Program-made: the position numbers and the translations under genes
The notes under the pieces: model-generated
Told to the model about the DNA's origin: nothing
Database searches by the model: none
The model's input: the letters and a program-made list of their open reading frames with translations, nothing else
In this document: positions 48,401 through 62,700 of the stretch, piece by piece
How positions within the stretch are numbered: the stretch's first letter is position 1
How the letters are laid out: each line of letters starts with the position of its first letter
NCBI GenBank assembly: GCA_977017575.1
Contig: CDRNVI010000200.1
Span: 1-64,000, forward strand
Length of the DNA: 64,000 bases
Direction of reading: 5' to 3'
Source: Paramoeba atlantica
Taxonomy: Eukaryota; Protista; Discosea

Positions 48401-51400
48401 TAACTGTTTATAAACAGCTTGAATTAAAAGATCTAAAACTTTTCATGATGAATCTCACTGCTCACATGCATAAAGCGGGAATCAATATCCGGTATATTGG
48501 ATTAGTTGTCTCTTTCTATTGGCAATTGGGAGAATCAAAATTGGACAAGGTTTTTTTTCTTGCCTGAAGGCAAGAAAGAAAAGAAAAGAAAAGAAAGAAA
48601 AAGAAAGAAAAAGAAAAGAAAGAAAAAAAAAGAAAGAAAAGAAAAGAAAGAAAGAAAAGAAAAGAAAAGAAAGAAAAGAAAAGAAAAGAAAGAAAAGAAA
48701 AAGAAAGAAAGAAAAGAAAAAGAAAAAGAAAATGAAGCAAAATGGTGAAAAACAAAAAACAGAAATACTTAAAAATTTATTTATTTTGAAAATAGGTCTT
48801 GGGAAAAAGTGAGTTGTTGCCTTATTTTGTAAGAATTTATCTGATTGAAGCAATTGCGAGAGTTATTAAAAATGAGTTGAGCCTTTTGATGAGGCAAAAA
48901 ACAAAAGATTTGAAATTGATACTTGAGGTTTTGATTTTATTGTTGTTTTATTTTATTGTTGTTGTTTTTATGTTATCTTCCTCTTTTCTGATCTTTGTTT
49001 CTTTTTATTCTCTTTTTTCTTTTTTTTTTGTTTTGAAAGGTCCCATATCGTAAACTGGCTGTGGATTTTATGAACAAAATTTTTGGTCGTGGAGATACTC
49101 CAGATCACTGGTTTTGTTTTCTTCTTTTTTTCTTTTCCCTTGCGAAATTCTTACAAACTCCCCTTTTCTATCTCTTCCTCTCTCTCTCTCTTACCAGGTG
49201 GTCAACAATTCTCCCTCCTCTCCTGAAATTGCATTTCTCATTAGATGATCAAAAGATCCCTCCAGACTTTCGACTCCATATTTTAACTCAGATGCCACAA
49301 TTTGACCCTCGATTGGCCTTGTTCCAGCGAATTGTGAGTTTGACTGGTTTGGTTTTTAGTGAAAATATTATTCAGAAATTTGAAGGTTTCTTTTTTCTTT
49401 TCTTTTTCTTTTTTGTTCTCTTTACCTTTGAGCTTACCATTCGACAGATCGAACATTTTTCACATCAGAACCATTCGATTCTTTGGATTTAGTGGAAATT
49501 GGAGACCGAGTGAAATGCATGGACATTGTCTCATTTTCACAAGGAAATTTCTTTTTGTATAAGGCTCTGTCCCAGACTGATTCGAGGCTTAAAGAATCAC
49601 TCCTTTTACAAGTTTTTTTCTTCATTAATTTGTTGTGTTTTGATGATTTTGTGCTTTCCAGAAGAGTGATTTTAAAACTGAAGAGAAGCATCTTTTCTTT
49701 TCTCTGTTGTTTTTTTTTTGTTTTCTTCTTTTCATTTCCTTCCGTAAATAGGCAATCAGAAAATACGAAGAAGCTCTTAAATCAAACTCGAACACTGAAA
49801 CTCTCATGAATTGTTCCATCGCTCATTACAACATCCTCATCCTCCGTTTTAATCCTCTTACTTCTTTCGCTTCTCTGCCCAACACTTCTTCATCTGTAAC
49901 AATCACAAAACAAAAAAAAGAAGAAATTGGAGAACAAACCGTGTTTATATCATTTGATCCAACTGACCCATCTGTTCAAAAGGCTCGAGATTGTTTGCGT
50001 CATTTAATAAGTACAGACCCAACAAATAGTAAAAGCCTTTGTCTTTACGCGATGTTTTTGAATCGTTGTGATGAGTTTGCTGATGCGGAGGAATTTTTTT
50101 TGAAATCGATTCAAATTGAGCCAAGTAACTCGTTTGCGATTGTGGAATATATGCATTTTTTGGACCGTTGCGGTCAACATCAGACCGCTGATTACGCATT
50201 GGAAGTGATTACAAGTAAGACAAAACACAAACTTATTTCTCCTTATACTGGGAAAGAACTTGGAGGGATTGTTCGAGTATTTTTACAAAATGGGTCTTTT
50301 AAATCGCTTTCGATTCGTGCTACAATGACCACAAAAGATGTTTTGGTTTTGATTTGCCATTCTCTGAAAATTCCATTTAATTCAATGGATATGCAGCTTA
50401 TTGCTGTTGATCTTGGAGAGAAAGTTTCAAAGGAAGCTTTGAAGAGTGGGCCAATTTGGTCTAAAGTTGTTGCTGGGGTAATTTTTTATTATTTCTTTTC
50501 TCTTTTTTTTTCATCTCTTCTCTGCTCCTTTTTCCTCCTTCTCACGCTCTTTTCATAAAGGCAAAAAGACAAGATCTCCTCTCAGAAACAGCCCTTCCCT
50601 GGTTTTACCCCCAAAGACATAACTGTCACTTCTTCTTATATTTTCGCCCATGCCCAAGCCCTGTTTCATGTGAAAAGATCTTCACTTTTCTGTCTTCAAC
50701 ATGGAGAGGACCAGTGGACGAATCGATCAATTCTTTAGAAGAATTGGTGGGGCATTTATTGAGGGCTAATCATGGGTTTGTTCATTGTCTTCTCTTTATT
50801 TCTCCTTTGTTGGTTTTGAAAGAGGAATTGAAGCAAATATTAATGAAGGTTTCTTTTCCTTTTTTTTATTTTTTTTTGTTTGGTCAGTCAAGAAACTCAC
50901 TTCATTATTTTTAATATCTTAGGGAGAGCCCTTTGGAGAAAACCACGTTCGTGTTCTTGAAACTTGGACAACTTGTTTTGATGATTTAGAAGTTGACGAG
51001 ATCGCCCCTCTTGCGAAAAAATTTCCAAAAGATTTCTCTTTCTGCTTCGGTTTGATTTTGATTATTAAAAAAAAACTTTTCTCTTATTTCCCCCTTACTT
51101 TCTCTTCCCCTTCTCTGATAAAATTTCATCAAAAAGATATCATGACAAGAAGAAAAGCCCTCGTTAATGAAGAAAAATCTGCCCAATCCAATTTGACAGC
51201 TCGTTTCAAACAACTTTCCCAAAAAATGAGCGGAGCACCAACTCGATCAGTAACACCATTATCGTCATCAGGTCCATCAATACCATCAACAACACCACTA
51301 ACTTCCTCAAATTCATCACCATTGGTACCTTCTTCAAATGCGCCACAACTTTCCTCACAAAGACAAAACAGAAATGCAAGTCCGCCCCCTCAAACCAAAC

Positions 51401-52773
51401 CATCATCTCCACGCTCAACAAGCCCAAACCAACGAAACAAAACTCGCCATCCCTCTCCCCCACCAACAAACGTTCGACAATTCCAAATGAAACACCGAAA
51501 AACAAGTCCCCCTCCAAATCGACATACTTCCACTCCCTGTGTCGGGCACCCTGCAGATTTTCGCAGAACAGGAAGCTTTGGTCGAGACCCAGTTCCATCT
51601 TCTTCTACCCCTACTACTTTGGGTAAATCAGCAAGTCCAAAAAAAAGTAGACCCAAAAGTATTGTTCCCCCAAATTTCAAAGCCACTATGACTATGACAG
51701 GGAGTGGAGGGTTTGTCGTTCGAAATGCCTTCTCAAAACCCTTCTCCTTTATACTCCGAGATGAAAAACCAGAAGATTTGACAAAAGTTGCGGAACAACT
51801 GAGATTGTGGGTGATGACAATTCAATCCAACATTCAACCACAAGATTTTTTGTCTTTTTCTCGTCAGTGTCGCGATAGAGATCTCCCTGAATCAATCTCT
51901 TTGGGCCTTCTTTATGAACAATGTATCTCTGAATGGGTCATGAATGAAGTTGCAGATGAGGATGCAACATCTCCAACCATTTCTAAATTTGAACCGAGTC
52001 TCCGTTCCTTTGAAGCATTTGTTGATCTTGCTGCTCGTTCTTACCAAATTGGTGATCTTTCAACAGCTATTGCCATTGTTGATGCGCTCAATTCTGATCC
52101 AGTCACACAACTCCATCCAAATTGGACACAATCATGCCTCCATCGAACCATTCGCTGCAAGTTCTTCTCTTCAAGCCCCTTTCTCCACTTTGCTCTCTCT
52201 TCTTCAATGACAACAGAAGAATATTTTCAAAATTATCTCGAAGCAATCACACTTTTTGACAAATCGAAAATGGTTTGCTTGCCGAATATCACTCGAGTGA
52301 TGCTTTTTGTTCGTTCGATTGGCCCAATTGTAATGGAACACCTTTCTGGTCCAAAACTCCCTCTTTCAACTGCAAATATCTTTTATTCTGTGGTTTCAAA
52401 GTTTGCCATTCCAAGCCTTGGTCGATCTTTTAATTTTCTCACTTTTGTCACGTTGCGGAAACTGGAAATTTTGAGACAACATTTTGACGAAGAAATTTTT
52501 TCGAAACTTTCGCAAGATATTATGAAACCTTTAATCTCCTCTTGGAATCTTGACAAAGAGAACCCCAAAGTAGAAACTTCCTCACAATTGTTGATGAAGT
52601 CACATCACCAAACAAAAGAGCGTCTTACTTCTTGTTCTGTTTCTGATGTTCAAAGAAAGAAGAAAGCAAAACCTTTGGAGGGGTATCATAAATCACAAAA
52701 TATTTCGAAGGGAAAATTTCGAGCAACAAAGACGACCCAACTGGCATCAACCTTAAATATTGAAGACTTGTGA
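45459..52773 (+). CDS. Large multidomain protein: coiled coil + Cys finger, Clu domain, TPR, Ras-association, REM and RasGEF (CDC25) domains
   Basis: Clu motifs AGGEKYIVHNILFKFA, AGHELKG, PLMTLVDYRGFRLVAMS.LP, DIEGH.GRDGNFYLLDFSRTMPP, FRPEFV, HKAGINIRYIG; RA-like VRVFLQNGSFKSL; REM-like LEELVGHL..FVHCLL / RVLETW; GEF-like KVAEQLRL, SEWVMNEV, AIAIVDALNS. The in-frame GT-AG joins I checked link these parts. Confidence 0.82.
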
Positions 52774-53022
52774 CATTCAATAATCATTCCCAATTGGTTG
52801 ATTTTAAAATAAATATATAAAAATTGAAATAATATTTTTATTATTATTATTTTCTTTTTTGATTTTGATCTTTTTGGACACCTTTTTTTCTTAAAAAAAA
52901 AAAAATGGAAAAGGAAAACGTCGAAAATCCGCTATCAGATTTTTTTTTCTCGTTTTTCCTCTTTTTGTCCCTTTCTTCTCTTCTCTTTCTCTCTTTATCT
53001 CTTTCTCGTTCCTTTCTCTTTT

Positions 53023-53771
53023 TTAAAGGCTTGTATTAAAATCGACATGACTCCCAATTCTAAGAAACAATTTTCTCACTTCTGCACGGATTTCAGGCGA
53101 ATTTGTCATCAAAAGATCACAGAAAAATGGATATAAAATTCTCATGTGTGTTGTGAACTATCAAAAAAAGTTAAAAGAGAAAGACAAAGAGAAAGGAGAA
53201 AGAGAGAAAGAAAGAGAAAGAGAGAAAAAGAAAAAGAACCTGAGGATCTCTCAAAGAAAAGAGAGAAGAAAGAATCAAAATTGTCGTTTTTGTCTTAGAA
53301 AGTTGACATTCAGCTCGATGTGCTTGATCAAATTCAATTTCTTTATCTTCTTCAAGTGGAAAATTGTCCACAAATTCTGACATCTCTCGCATGCATACCC
53401 TTTTAAAATAAATAAATAAATAATCAAAAATCAAAAAAAAAATTAATCTTTTTTTGTAATCAGAAAAAAAGAAACTCACGAATAAAATAGAAAGAAAAAA
53501 AAAAGAAATAAAAAAAAAGAATAAAAGGAAACAAAAGAAAAAAAAACATACTCAAACAATCTCTTTTCAACCAATTTGGGATAATTTGAATTCGGAGAAT
53601 CAGAGGATTCTCCATACATCCGAAACATCAAATTACAGAGAATAGTCATTCCCTCCATCTCCTCTTGAATTAACCCCCTCCACACACCTAAAAATTTTTG
53701 ATTTGGAAGAGAGAGAAAAGAGAGAGAGAGAGAGGAAAAAAAGAAAAAGTAAATAAAAATAAAAAAAAAAT

Positions 53772-53803
<32 letters not shown>

Positions 53804-56800
53804 CCAGAAAAAGATCCCAAATCCTTCCACAAAGAAGAATCAAAATTCAAATTATGAACAATCAAAATCATCTGTTCCAAAGAATCCAAAATACGGACCA
53901 TTTGTTGCGGAGACAAAGAAGAATATGTTGTCTCTACTAGTTCGGCGATTGATTTTATTATTCCTAGTTGTACTCTTGTTCGTCCTGAAAGGGAAGGAGA
54001 GAGAGAGAGAGAGAGAGAGAGGAGAGGGAGTGAAAATGAATAAAGAGAGAGAGAGAGACAAAAAAAAAAAGAAAGAGAAAAGAGAAAAGAGAAAAGAGAG
54101 AAAAGAGAGAAAGAAAAGAGAGAAAGAAAAGAGAGAAAGAAAAGAGAGAAAAGAGAGAAAAGAGAGAGAGAAAAAAAGAGAAAAAAGAGAAAAAAGAAAG
54201 AGAAACCTTGAATCAGAGCCATAGAATTTTTCAAACTTTCATTGGAGCTGAGTCTCTTTCGTTTAATTGATTGAAAAGAATATATTGTTTTTCCTCCGAG
54301 CTATTATTAAAATAGAAAGAGGAAGGAGAAAAGAATCAGAAAAAGAGGGGAAACAGGAACAAAAAAAAAAAGAGGCACAAAGAAAAAACAAAATATAAAA
54401 ATTAAAAAAAGAAAAAAGAAAAAATAATAATAAAATTAAAAAGAAAAAAAGAAAAAAAGAAAAAAAAAAGAAAAAAAGAAAAAGAAAAAAGAAATAAAAA
54501 AGAAAAAAAGAAAAAAAAAAAATAAAAAAGAAATAAAAAAAAAAAAAGAAAAAAAAATAAAATAAAATAAAAATAAAATAAAATAAAATAAAAAAATAAA
54601 AAATAAAAAAAACCTCAATAGAACGAGTCAAATGAATAGAATCAACCTCCAACTTCAAAGGAGCATTAGAACAAAAAACATCAGAAGAAAGAGAACGATG
54701 TCTCTTCCCCGTCTTTCGAGTTGGTGTTGGTGGTGTTAGTGGTGGTCTTGGTTCTAGTATCCCTTTTGTGTCGATGTCCTGTTTTTTTGTTTTTTTGTTT
54801 TTTTGTTTTTTTTGTTTTTTGTTTTTTGTTTTTTTGTTTTTTTTGTTTTTTGTTTTTTTGTTTTTTGTTTTTTTGTTTTTTGTTTTTTGTTTTTTGTTTT
54901 TTGTTGTTGTTTTTTTTTTGTGTTTGTTGTGTTTGTTGTGTTTGTTGTTTTAGTTATTTTTGATAGGTCGTTAGTTTGTCGCTAGAATGAGTTTGTTTTT
55001 TTTGCGATGTATTATTTACTATTTATTATTTATTAATTCTTAATTGTTATTATTCAATTTTATGAATAATTACTGAAAAACTTCTTTATTCTTAATTATT
55101 ATCATTTCTTTATTTCATTAAGATTATTAGTTATGCGTTTGGGAAAAAGTAGAGAAAGAAAAAAGAAAAAGAGAACCTTTGATCTTACTGTAAGTTGCTG
55201 ATCTTTTGACAATAAAAGAGCATCCTCTGAAGCAGTTTCAATTAAAATATATCCCAACGCAGTCACCACCTTTAAAAGAAATTGAGAACGAGAGAACGAT
55301 AGAGAAAGAAAGAAAGAAAGAAAAAGAAAAAGAGAGAAAAAGAGAAACCTGATCCCACATCGATTGTGACCATTTCGCTTTATTCTCAATAACCAAAGAA
55401 AAAAGGCAATTTACTCCGATGCTCGCCAAATCCTGTCAAGGAAAGATGAAAAAAGTAAAAGAAAGGGAAAAAAGAGGAAAAAAGAAAAGAAAAGAAAAAA
55501 AGAAAAGGAAATAAATAAATAAATAAATAAGTAAAAAAACCTCATTATCATGAACAACACAGGCAATCAACAAATTCAAATAATCACCCAAAAGAGGGCT
55601 CATTTTCTGAAAATAGGTCCCAAATAAATTCACAGTGCTCGCCAAAACAAATTGACACGTGGTGGAAACCCATTGGTTGTCTTCTTCAGAGAGTTTGGAT
55701 TGGTCTGTGAAGTGGCAAATGGAATCAAAGATTGGTCGGATTACCCCTGTTGATTGAAAGAGAAAGAGAGGAAAGAAAGAGAGGGAAGTGGTTCAGAGAA
55801 AGATAAAGAAAAAAGAAAAAGAAAAGAGAAGAAAAGAAAAATAAAAAGAAAAGAAAAAAAAGACAAAAAAAGACAAAAAAAAACCTCGAAAAATCATATC
55901 CCACATGGCATCAGTATACAAATTACCATAATTCTTCAAAATAACAAACAACTGTTTCGCAGCAGCATTCCGAATTGTCAAAAGAGGATGAGAAATAGAC
56001 TGTGACAACCCAATAAAAATTGCAAACCACAATTTTATATGAGTCTCATTTTGTGTTGCAAATAAAACATCGTCACCCCCATTCCCTAAAGAAGAAGAAG
56101 GAGAAGAAGAAGAAGAAGAAGAAGGGGAAGTAGTCGAAGTTGGAGGAGGATAAGAGGAAGTCAAAGAAATATTTGAAGGCAAAGAAGTCGTCACGCCCCT
56201 CGGACTCCCAACAACACCATTCTCCACCCCTTGAGAAGGAGAAGAAGAAGAAGAAGAAGAGGACTGATTCGTCGCCCCACTCCCCGTGACACCACCAGAC
56301 CCGCAACGAACAACATCGCCCTTCCCAAGATGATCAGCACAAACAAGAACCAATTTAATCGCCTTAATCGAAATTTCCTTAACAGGAGAACCCCGAGCAT
56401 GAGCAGAAAGACAATGTACAACATCAATAAAAAACATCTCTCCTACTAGGTTGAACCATTTTGTGACGACCATTTCGACTGTTTCGAATGCGAGGCTCCC
56501 TATTGTCGGTGATTCGTCACGGCCTGCGATTGAGAAGGCGTACAGGATTGATTTCCATCCTGGGTGGGTGGGGGGAAAGAATGAGAAAAGAAAGAGAGAA
56601 GAAAAAAAAGAAAAGAAAAAAAGAAAAAGAAAAGAAAAAAAAAAGAAAAAGGAATAAAAAGAAAAAAAGAAAAAAAGAAAAAGGAAAAAAAGGAAAAGGA
56701 AAAGGAAAAGAAAAAAGAAAAACCAGATTGAATATTAGAAGCTCTAGAACGAATCATTTGAGAAAGACAATGCACAACAAGTTCCCGAATTTGAACAGAT

Positions 56801-58456
56801 CTAATTAAAAGAAAGAGAAAAAATTAAGAAGAGAAGAGAGGAAAAGGGAAAGAAAGAAAGAAAGAAAGAAGAAGAAAAAAAGAAAAGAAGAAAAAGGAAA
56901 AAGAAAAGAAAAAGAAAAAAAAAAAAGAAAGAAAAGAAAAAAAAAAAAAAAGAAAAGAAAAAAAAACTTGTGAATCTCAAGAATATGCCCAAAAGGTTTC
57001 AAAAAAGATTTTTGAAAATTGTAATTTGAAAGTTCATCTTTTTCCAAAAATTTCATTGCAAGTTGTCGAAGCGAGTCAACAGCATACATTGCCAACTAAA
57101 AAGAGGAATTAAAAGAAGAAAAAGAAAGGGAAAAGAGAAGGAATAATAAATGACATTAGAGAAAAGAAGAGAAAAGAGAGAAAAGAATAAAAGAAAAAGA
57201 ATAAAAGAAAAAGAAACAAAGAAAGAAAAAAAAAATAACACAAAAAAAAACACACAAAAAAAAAAAAAAGATAAAAAAATAAAAAAATAAAAATAAAAAA
57301 AAAAAAAAAAATAAAAATAAAAAAAAAAAAAAAAATAAAAAAAAATTAAAAAAAAAAAACCTTACGATTAGAAGAACAACCAACTCTCGTAAAATGATCA
57401 CCAATATGAGTCCAAATCCGGGTCCAAACAAGTCGAATTCGGCTCATATTTTCATATGCAACTTCCACCAATTTTTGGAGTGAATATGTTCTTGGTGATG
57501 ATCCTTGTATTTCGTTTTCGTAGGAGACCTTTGAGAGAGAGAGAGATTTTGAGAAAGATAAAGAGACAGAAAAGATTGAAAGAAAGAAGAGAAGAAAGAA
57601 AAGAAAAAGAAAAAGAAAGAAAGAAAAAAGAAAGAAAGAAAAGAAAAAGAAAAAGAAAAAGAAAGAAAAAAAAAAAAAGAAAAAAAAGAAAAAGAAAAAA
57701 GAAAGGAAAAAAAAAAAAAGAAAAAAGAAAAGAAAAAAGAAAAGAAAAAAGAAAAGAAATTCAAAAAAAAAAAAAAAGAAATTAAAAAAAAAAAAAAAAA
57801 AAGAACCTTACACAAACACTTAACAAAATCAACAATAGCATTCCCATTCAATTGAGCAGTATGAGAAAAAATCTTTTCAATTGAAAGAGGATCAATCTTA
57901 CTCACTATCATTTGTGCGTTTTGTTCTTCATAATTTTTGTTTCCTCCTTCTCCTTTTCCTGTTGTATTTTTTTTTTTGAAAGAGAGGGGTGGAAAGAGAG
58001 AGGGAGATTGAAAAAGAAAATGAATCAAAAGAAAAAGAAAATGAAAAGAAAAAATTAAAACAAAAAGACAAATAATAAAAAATAGAATAATAAAAAAAGA
58101 TAAAAGAAAATAATAAAAAAGAAATAATAAAATAAAATAATAAAATAAAATAATAAAATAAAATAATAAAATAATAAAATAATAAAATAATAAAATAAAA
58201 TAAAATAAAAAACCAGAAAGTCGCTCAGCTTCATGCCGCTCTTCTTCACTCACAGTCCTCTTCGTCGCAACCTTTTCCATTTTTTTAACATTAGCTTTTT
58301 TTTTGTTTTATTTATTATTAATTTGTTATGATTATTCTGATTATGATTATGATTATTAATTCTTATTACTCTCATTCTTATTATCATGTCTTAAAAAAAA
58401 AAACCCAAAAAAAACCCAAAAAAAAACAAAGAAAAAAACAAAGAAAAAACAAGAAA

Positions 58457-58503
<47 letters not shown>

Positions 58504-59744
58504 AATAAACCTTTTTCGGAGGAGCAACATGGGCCAAAGGTTGTGGTATCCCCGTCCCCACCAAAAATAATCTCTCCAAATTCGAGACACACAACAAAAC
58601 CTTATTTTTTTATTATTTATTATTTATTATTTATTATTTATTATTTCTTCTTTATTATTTATTATTTATTATTCTTCTGATATTTGGTTTGAATAAAAAG
58701 AGAGGAATGTGATCCACCCTTTTTTTTGTTAATATTGTTGTTTTTGTAATTTTTGTTCTTTTTGTTGTTGTTGTTGTCACATTAGAAATTGTGACAAATT
58801 TCAAAAAAAAAAACCTGCATCCAAGAATCTTGTAAATAATTACCATCAGTATGAGCCAAACTTAAAAGAGCTTTAATCGCATCAATATTTTTCTATTAAA
58901 AGAAATGAATAAATCTCTTCCTGAGAAAAGAAAAAGAAAGAAAGAAAAAGAGAAAGACAAAAAGAGAGAAAAAGAAAGAAAGAGAGAAAAAAGAGAGAAG
59001 AGAGAAAAAAAAAACAATTTTGCAAACCTGCTTTGTTTCTTTAACGTGACTATCAAGAAGAGTAAAATTCGCAAGAGATTTTGCAAACGCTTTTTGTTCC
59101 GTTTCCATATAAAAAATACTGCTGACTCTGATCGCCCATTTAAATCCTTCCAAACATAATGCCACAGCCTGGTACACAAATTAGTAAAAGAGAAAGAAAG
59201 AAGAGAAGAAGAATCTTCCCACTAATTCACAAAAAAAAAGAAAAGAAAAGAAAAAAAAAAGAAAAAAGAAAAAAGAAAAAAGAAAAAAGAAAAAAGAAAA
59301 AAAAAAAAAAAAAGAAAAAAAAGAAAAAAAAGAAAAAAAAAGAAAAAAAAAGAAAAAAAAAAAAAAAAAGAAGAGAAACCTTTTCATCATCCGTAGACTC
59401 CAACATATAAGAAAAAGCAGCCAACATAGGACACCAACTGACAGAAAACATGGGACGAACGTGACGAATATTTGTTGACTTAAAAAATGTGTTTTTTCTT
59501 CGAAGATGTTCTCGTAAACTTTCTCGGCTCTTTTTGACAATAAATGTTGTTTCCTGTTTTTTGTTTTTGGGAAAATGGGATTAAAATTGATGGTCTGGTG
59601 ATGGGATGGGTCTTCTTGACTTTTTTCCTCTCTTTTTCTTTTTTCTCTTTTTCTTCTTTTATCATCCTTTCTTGCCTCTCCAAAAAAAAACAAAAAAAAA
59701 AAAAACAAAAAAAACAAAACAAAAAAAACAAAAACCAAAAAAAC

Positions 59745-59775
<31 letters not shown>

Positions 59776-62700
59776 GAAACAAAGACTGCCTTTGTTTAGG
59801 AGTCAACATCTCGCTCTGGGGTCGAGAAGAAGGACCAGAAATATCCAAACCCAATTTTAAAGGAGCTGCTCCAATTCGATCATATATTTTTTGTAAATAT
59901 TCGAATGGAAAATCTCCATCGTCATTTAGCCCTTTTAGGTTTTTCGCCCACTGGAAAAATTGGTGGAGAAGGGGGGGGAGGGAAATGTGAGTGGGTTTTT
60001 ATTTTTGTTGTTTTGTTTTTTTTTGTTTTTTTTTTTTTTTTATTTTTTTGTTTTTTTTTTTGTTTTTTTATTATTTTATTCTATTTTTATTATTTGTTTG
60101 TTTTTGCTTTGCTTTTTTTTTAAGGAAGAAATTTGTTTGGTTTGTTTTGTTTTGTTTTGTGGAGATTTGGTGTTGATTAGTTGTTTTGTGGATTTTAATA
60201 ATTACATTTTGTATTAAAAATATTTTATAAATACAAAATAAACCTGCTCGATTGTGATTTTTTTGACAATACTTTTGTTGTGTAAATCGGTAGCAAGCAT
60301 AATTGTTGCATATGCAAAGATATATGCAGCATCCGCATTTCCTGAGATAATAAGGGAAAAATAAGAATTGAAGAAAAGAGAAAAAAGGAAAAAGAAAAGA
60401 AAAGGAAAAAAACAAAAACAAAAATGAAAAAAAGAAACAAAGAAAAAAGAAGAAAGAAAAAAAGAAAAGGAAAAAAACAAAAACAAAAATGAAAAAAAGA
60501 AGCAAAGAAGAAAGAAGAAAAACCAAAAATTGAATCAGGATTATCATTAAAATATCTCTCTGCAAACTTTTCCATAATACGATCAATTGGATGAGCCTCT
60601 TTTGGTAACAAAAAAGTTGTAAGAAATCTCCTCACTGCAACATCAAATTCCAATCCCTGAAAAGAAAGAAAAGAAAGAAAAGAAAAAAAATAAATAAAAT
60701 GAATAGGATAAAGATAATAAAGATAATAAATAAATATTATTTAATATCAAATAATTTTTCTTTTCTTTTCTTGGATTGTCCCTACATTCCATTCTCTTTT
60801 TCTCCCTCCTTTTTCTTCAAAAATAAAAATTATATCTTATTTTCTGATTCATTTCCCATTCTCACCACATCAATTCAAAAAAAAAAAAAAAGAAAAGAAA
60901 AAGAAAAAGAAAAAAAAGAAATAATTACAGCAAAACGAAAATTATTATCAACATATTCATTCCGAACATGGCGATGCAATTCAGTATGGCCACCAAGATA
61001 TTCTCCAATTTGACCTTTATCAAGACCATCAGCAGTATATAAAAAGTTGGCAATGTCTTTTGGTGTATCTTGGAAGTGCCCAATTCCAATCAGATATTTG
61101 ATTCCGTCTTTGGGTTTCATGTTGAATCTCTGCTTTCCTTTTTTGACCTTTTTTTTGGAAAAAGGAAGAAAGAGAGAAGAGAAAGAGAATAGTTGGGTTT
61201 AATGAAATAAAAAGAAATTTTAAAAGCTAAGAAAAAGCTAAGAAAAAGATAAGAAGAAAAAAAACCTGTTGATTGTACATCATTTGTCGTTCAAAGCGAG
61301 CCAAATCACCACTCTCTTTTTGATAATGTTTCAAATCAAGAGACATTGAAGGAGGTCTATTTGAACTTTCACTTTCTTCATGATTGGAATTTTCCCAGAA
61401 TTCTTCTTCATTTTCATACAATTCTTTACTCCAATCAACTAATGATCTCATAATTGTAACAAGACACTAAAAAAATAAGTAAATTAAAAAATTAGATTAA
61501 CAAAATTAGATTTTTTTTGTGTCACTCATTTTTTTCGAGTTGTTTTTGGTTTGTTTTGTTGTGAAAGATCTTTTGTCTCTATTTTCAAAAGAAAAAGAAA
61601 AGAAGACCTCTAAGGCAAGACGACGAATCGCAATTTCTTCTTCTTCTGTTGTGTGCCAATCGGAAACGCTAAATCCTCTTCCCTTTTATTTTTCCAATCA
61701 ATCTTTTGTTCTCAACTACCTCTTCTCTTCTCTTCTCTTCCCTCCTAGAATCTCTCCAAATACTTTCCTTTTCATTCATTCTCTTTTTAAATCTCTTTCA
61801 TTATCTAAATTAAAAAAAAAACCTTTGCAATCCCAGATAAGACATTCACCATTCGCTCAAAAACATCACGTGGGTTCGTCCGATCACAATCATAATTCAA
61901 AAAAATATCCACCAGAGTTTGAGGATTTTTACACACTAAAAGAAGCGACTCGAGGACCATCCACTTTTGAGGGGTCGTACTATTTTCACTTTCCAAAATT
62001 CGAAGAAAAATTTTCTCAAAAAAAACACCAATTTCGTGTTTTAAGTGATTCTATTTTTAAAGAAAGAAAATGAATATTACTAAAAAAAAAATTTTTCCAA
62101 AAAAAAATCAATTTACCTTAAAGAGAGCAAGCAATGCAGTAAAGATAGCAAGAGAAAGACGAAATACATGAGGTACAGATGAGACACCATTGATTGACAA
62201 AACTCCCACACACAAATATTTCTTAATGGCACTAGTTTTGTATTGAAAATAAAAAAAATCGTAAAGTGAGAAAAAAATCAAGAAAAAAATCAAGAAAAAA
62301 AGAAGAGGAAAGAAAAGCCACCAAAAAAAAAAAGACAAAAAAAAAAAGAAAGATTAAAAAAGAAAGATCAAAAAAGAAAGATTAAAAAAGAAAGATTAAA
62401 AAAGAAAGATTAAAAAAGAAAGATTAAAAAAGAAAGATTAAAAACCCATGAATAAATTTCTCATGGTTCCGCATAACAGGACCAGCAGATTCAAGAATAT
62501 CCAACAAAAGTTGAAGAGCTAAAATCTTCGATCGCATGTCTAAAGAATCAGGAGCTTGAATTGGATTTGGTCTCGCCATTTGATCAGCATTGAAGAAACT
62601 TCTCCTTTTATCAGAAGCCTTGTTTGGAAATTTTGAAAGTCAATATAAAATAGAATCTTAATAATTGAAGATGAAAATTGGTACAAAATCAAAAAAAAAA

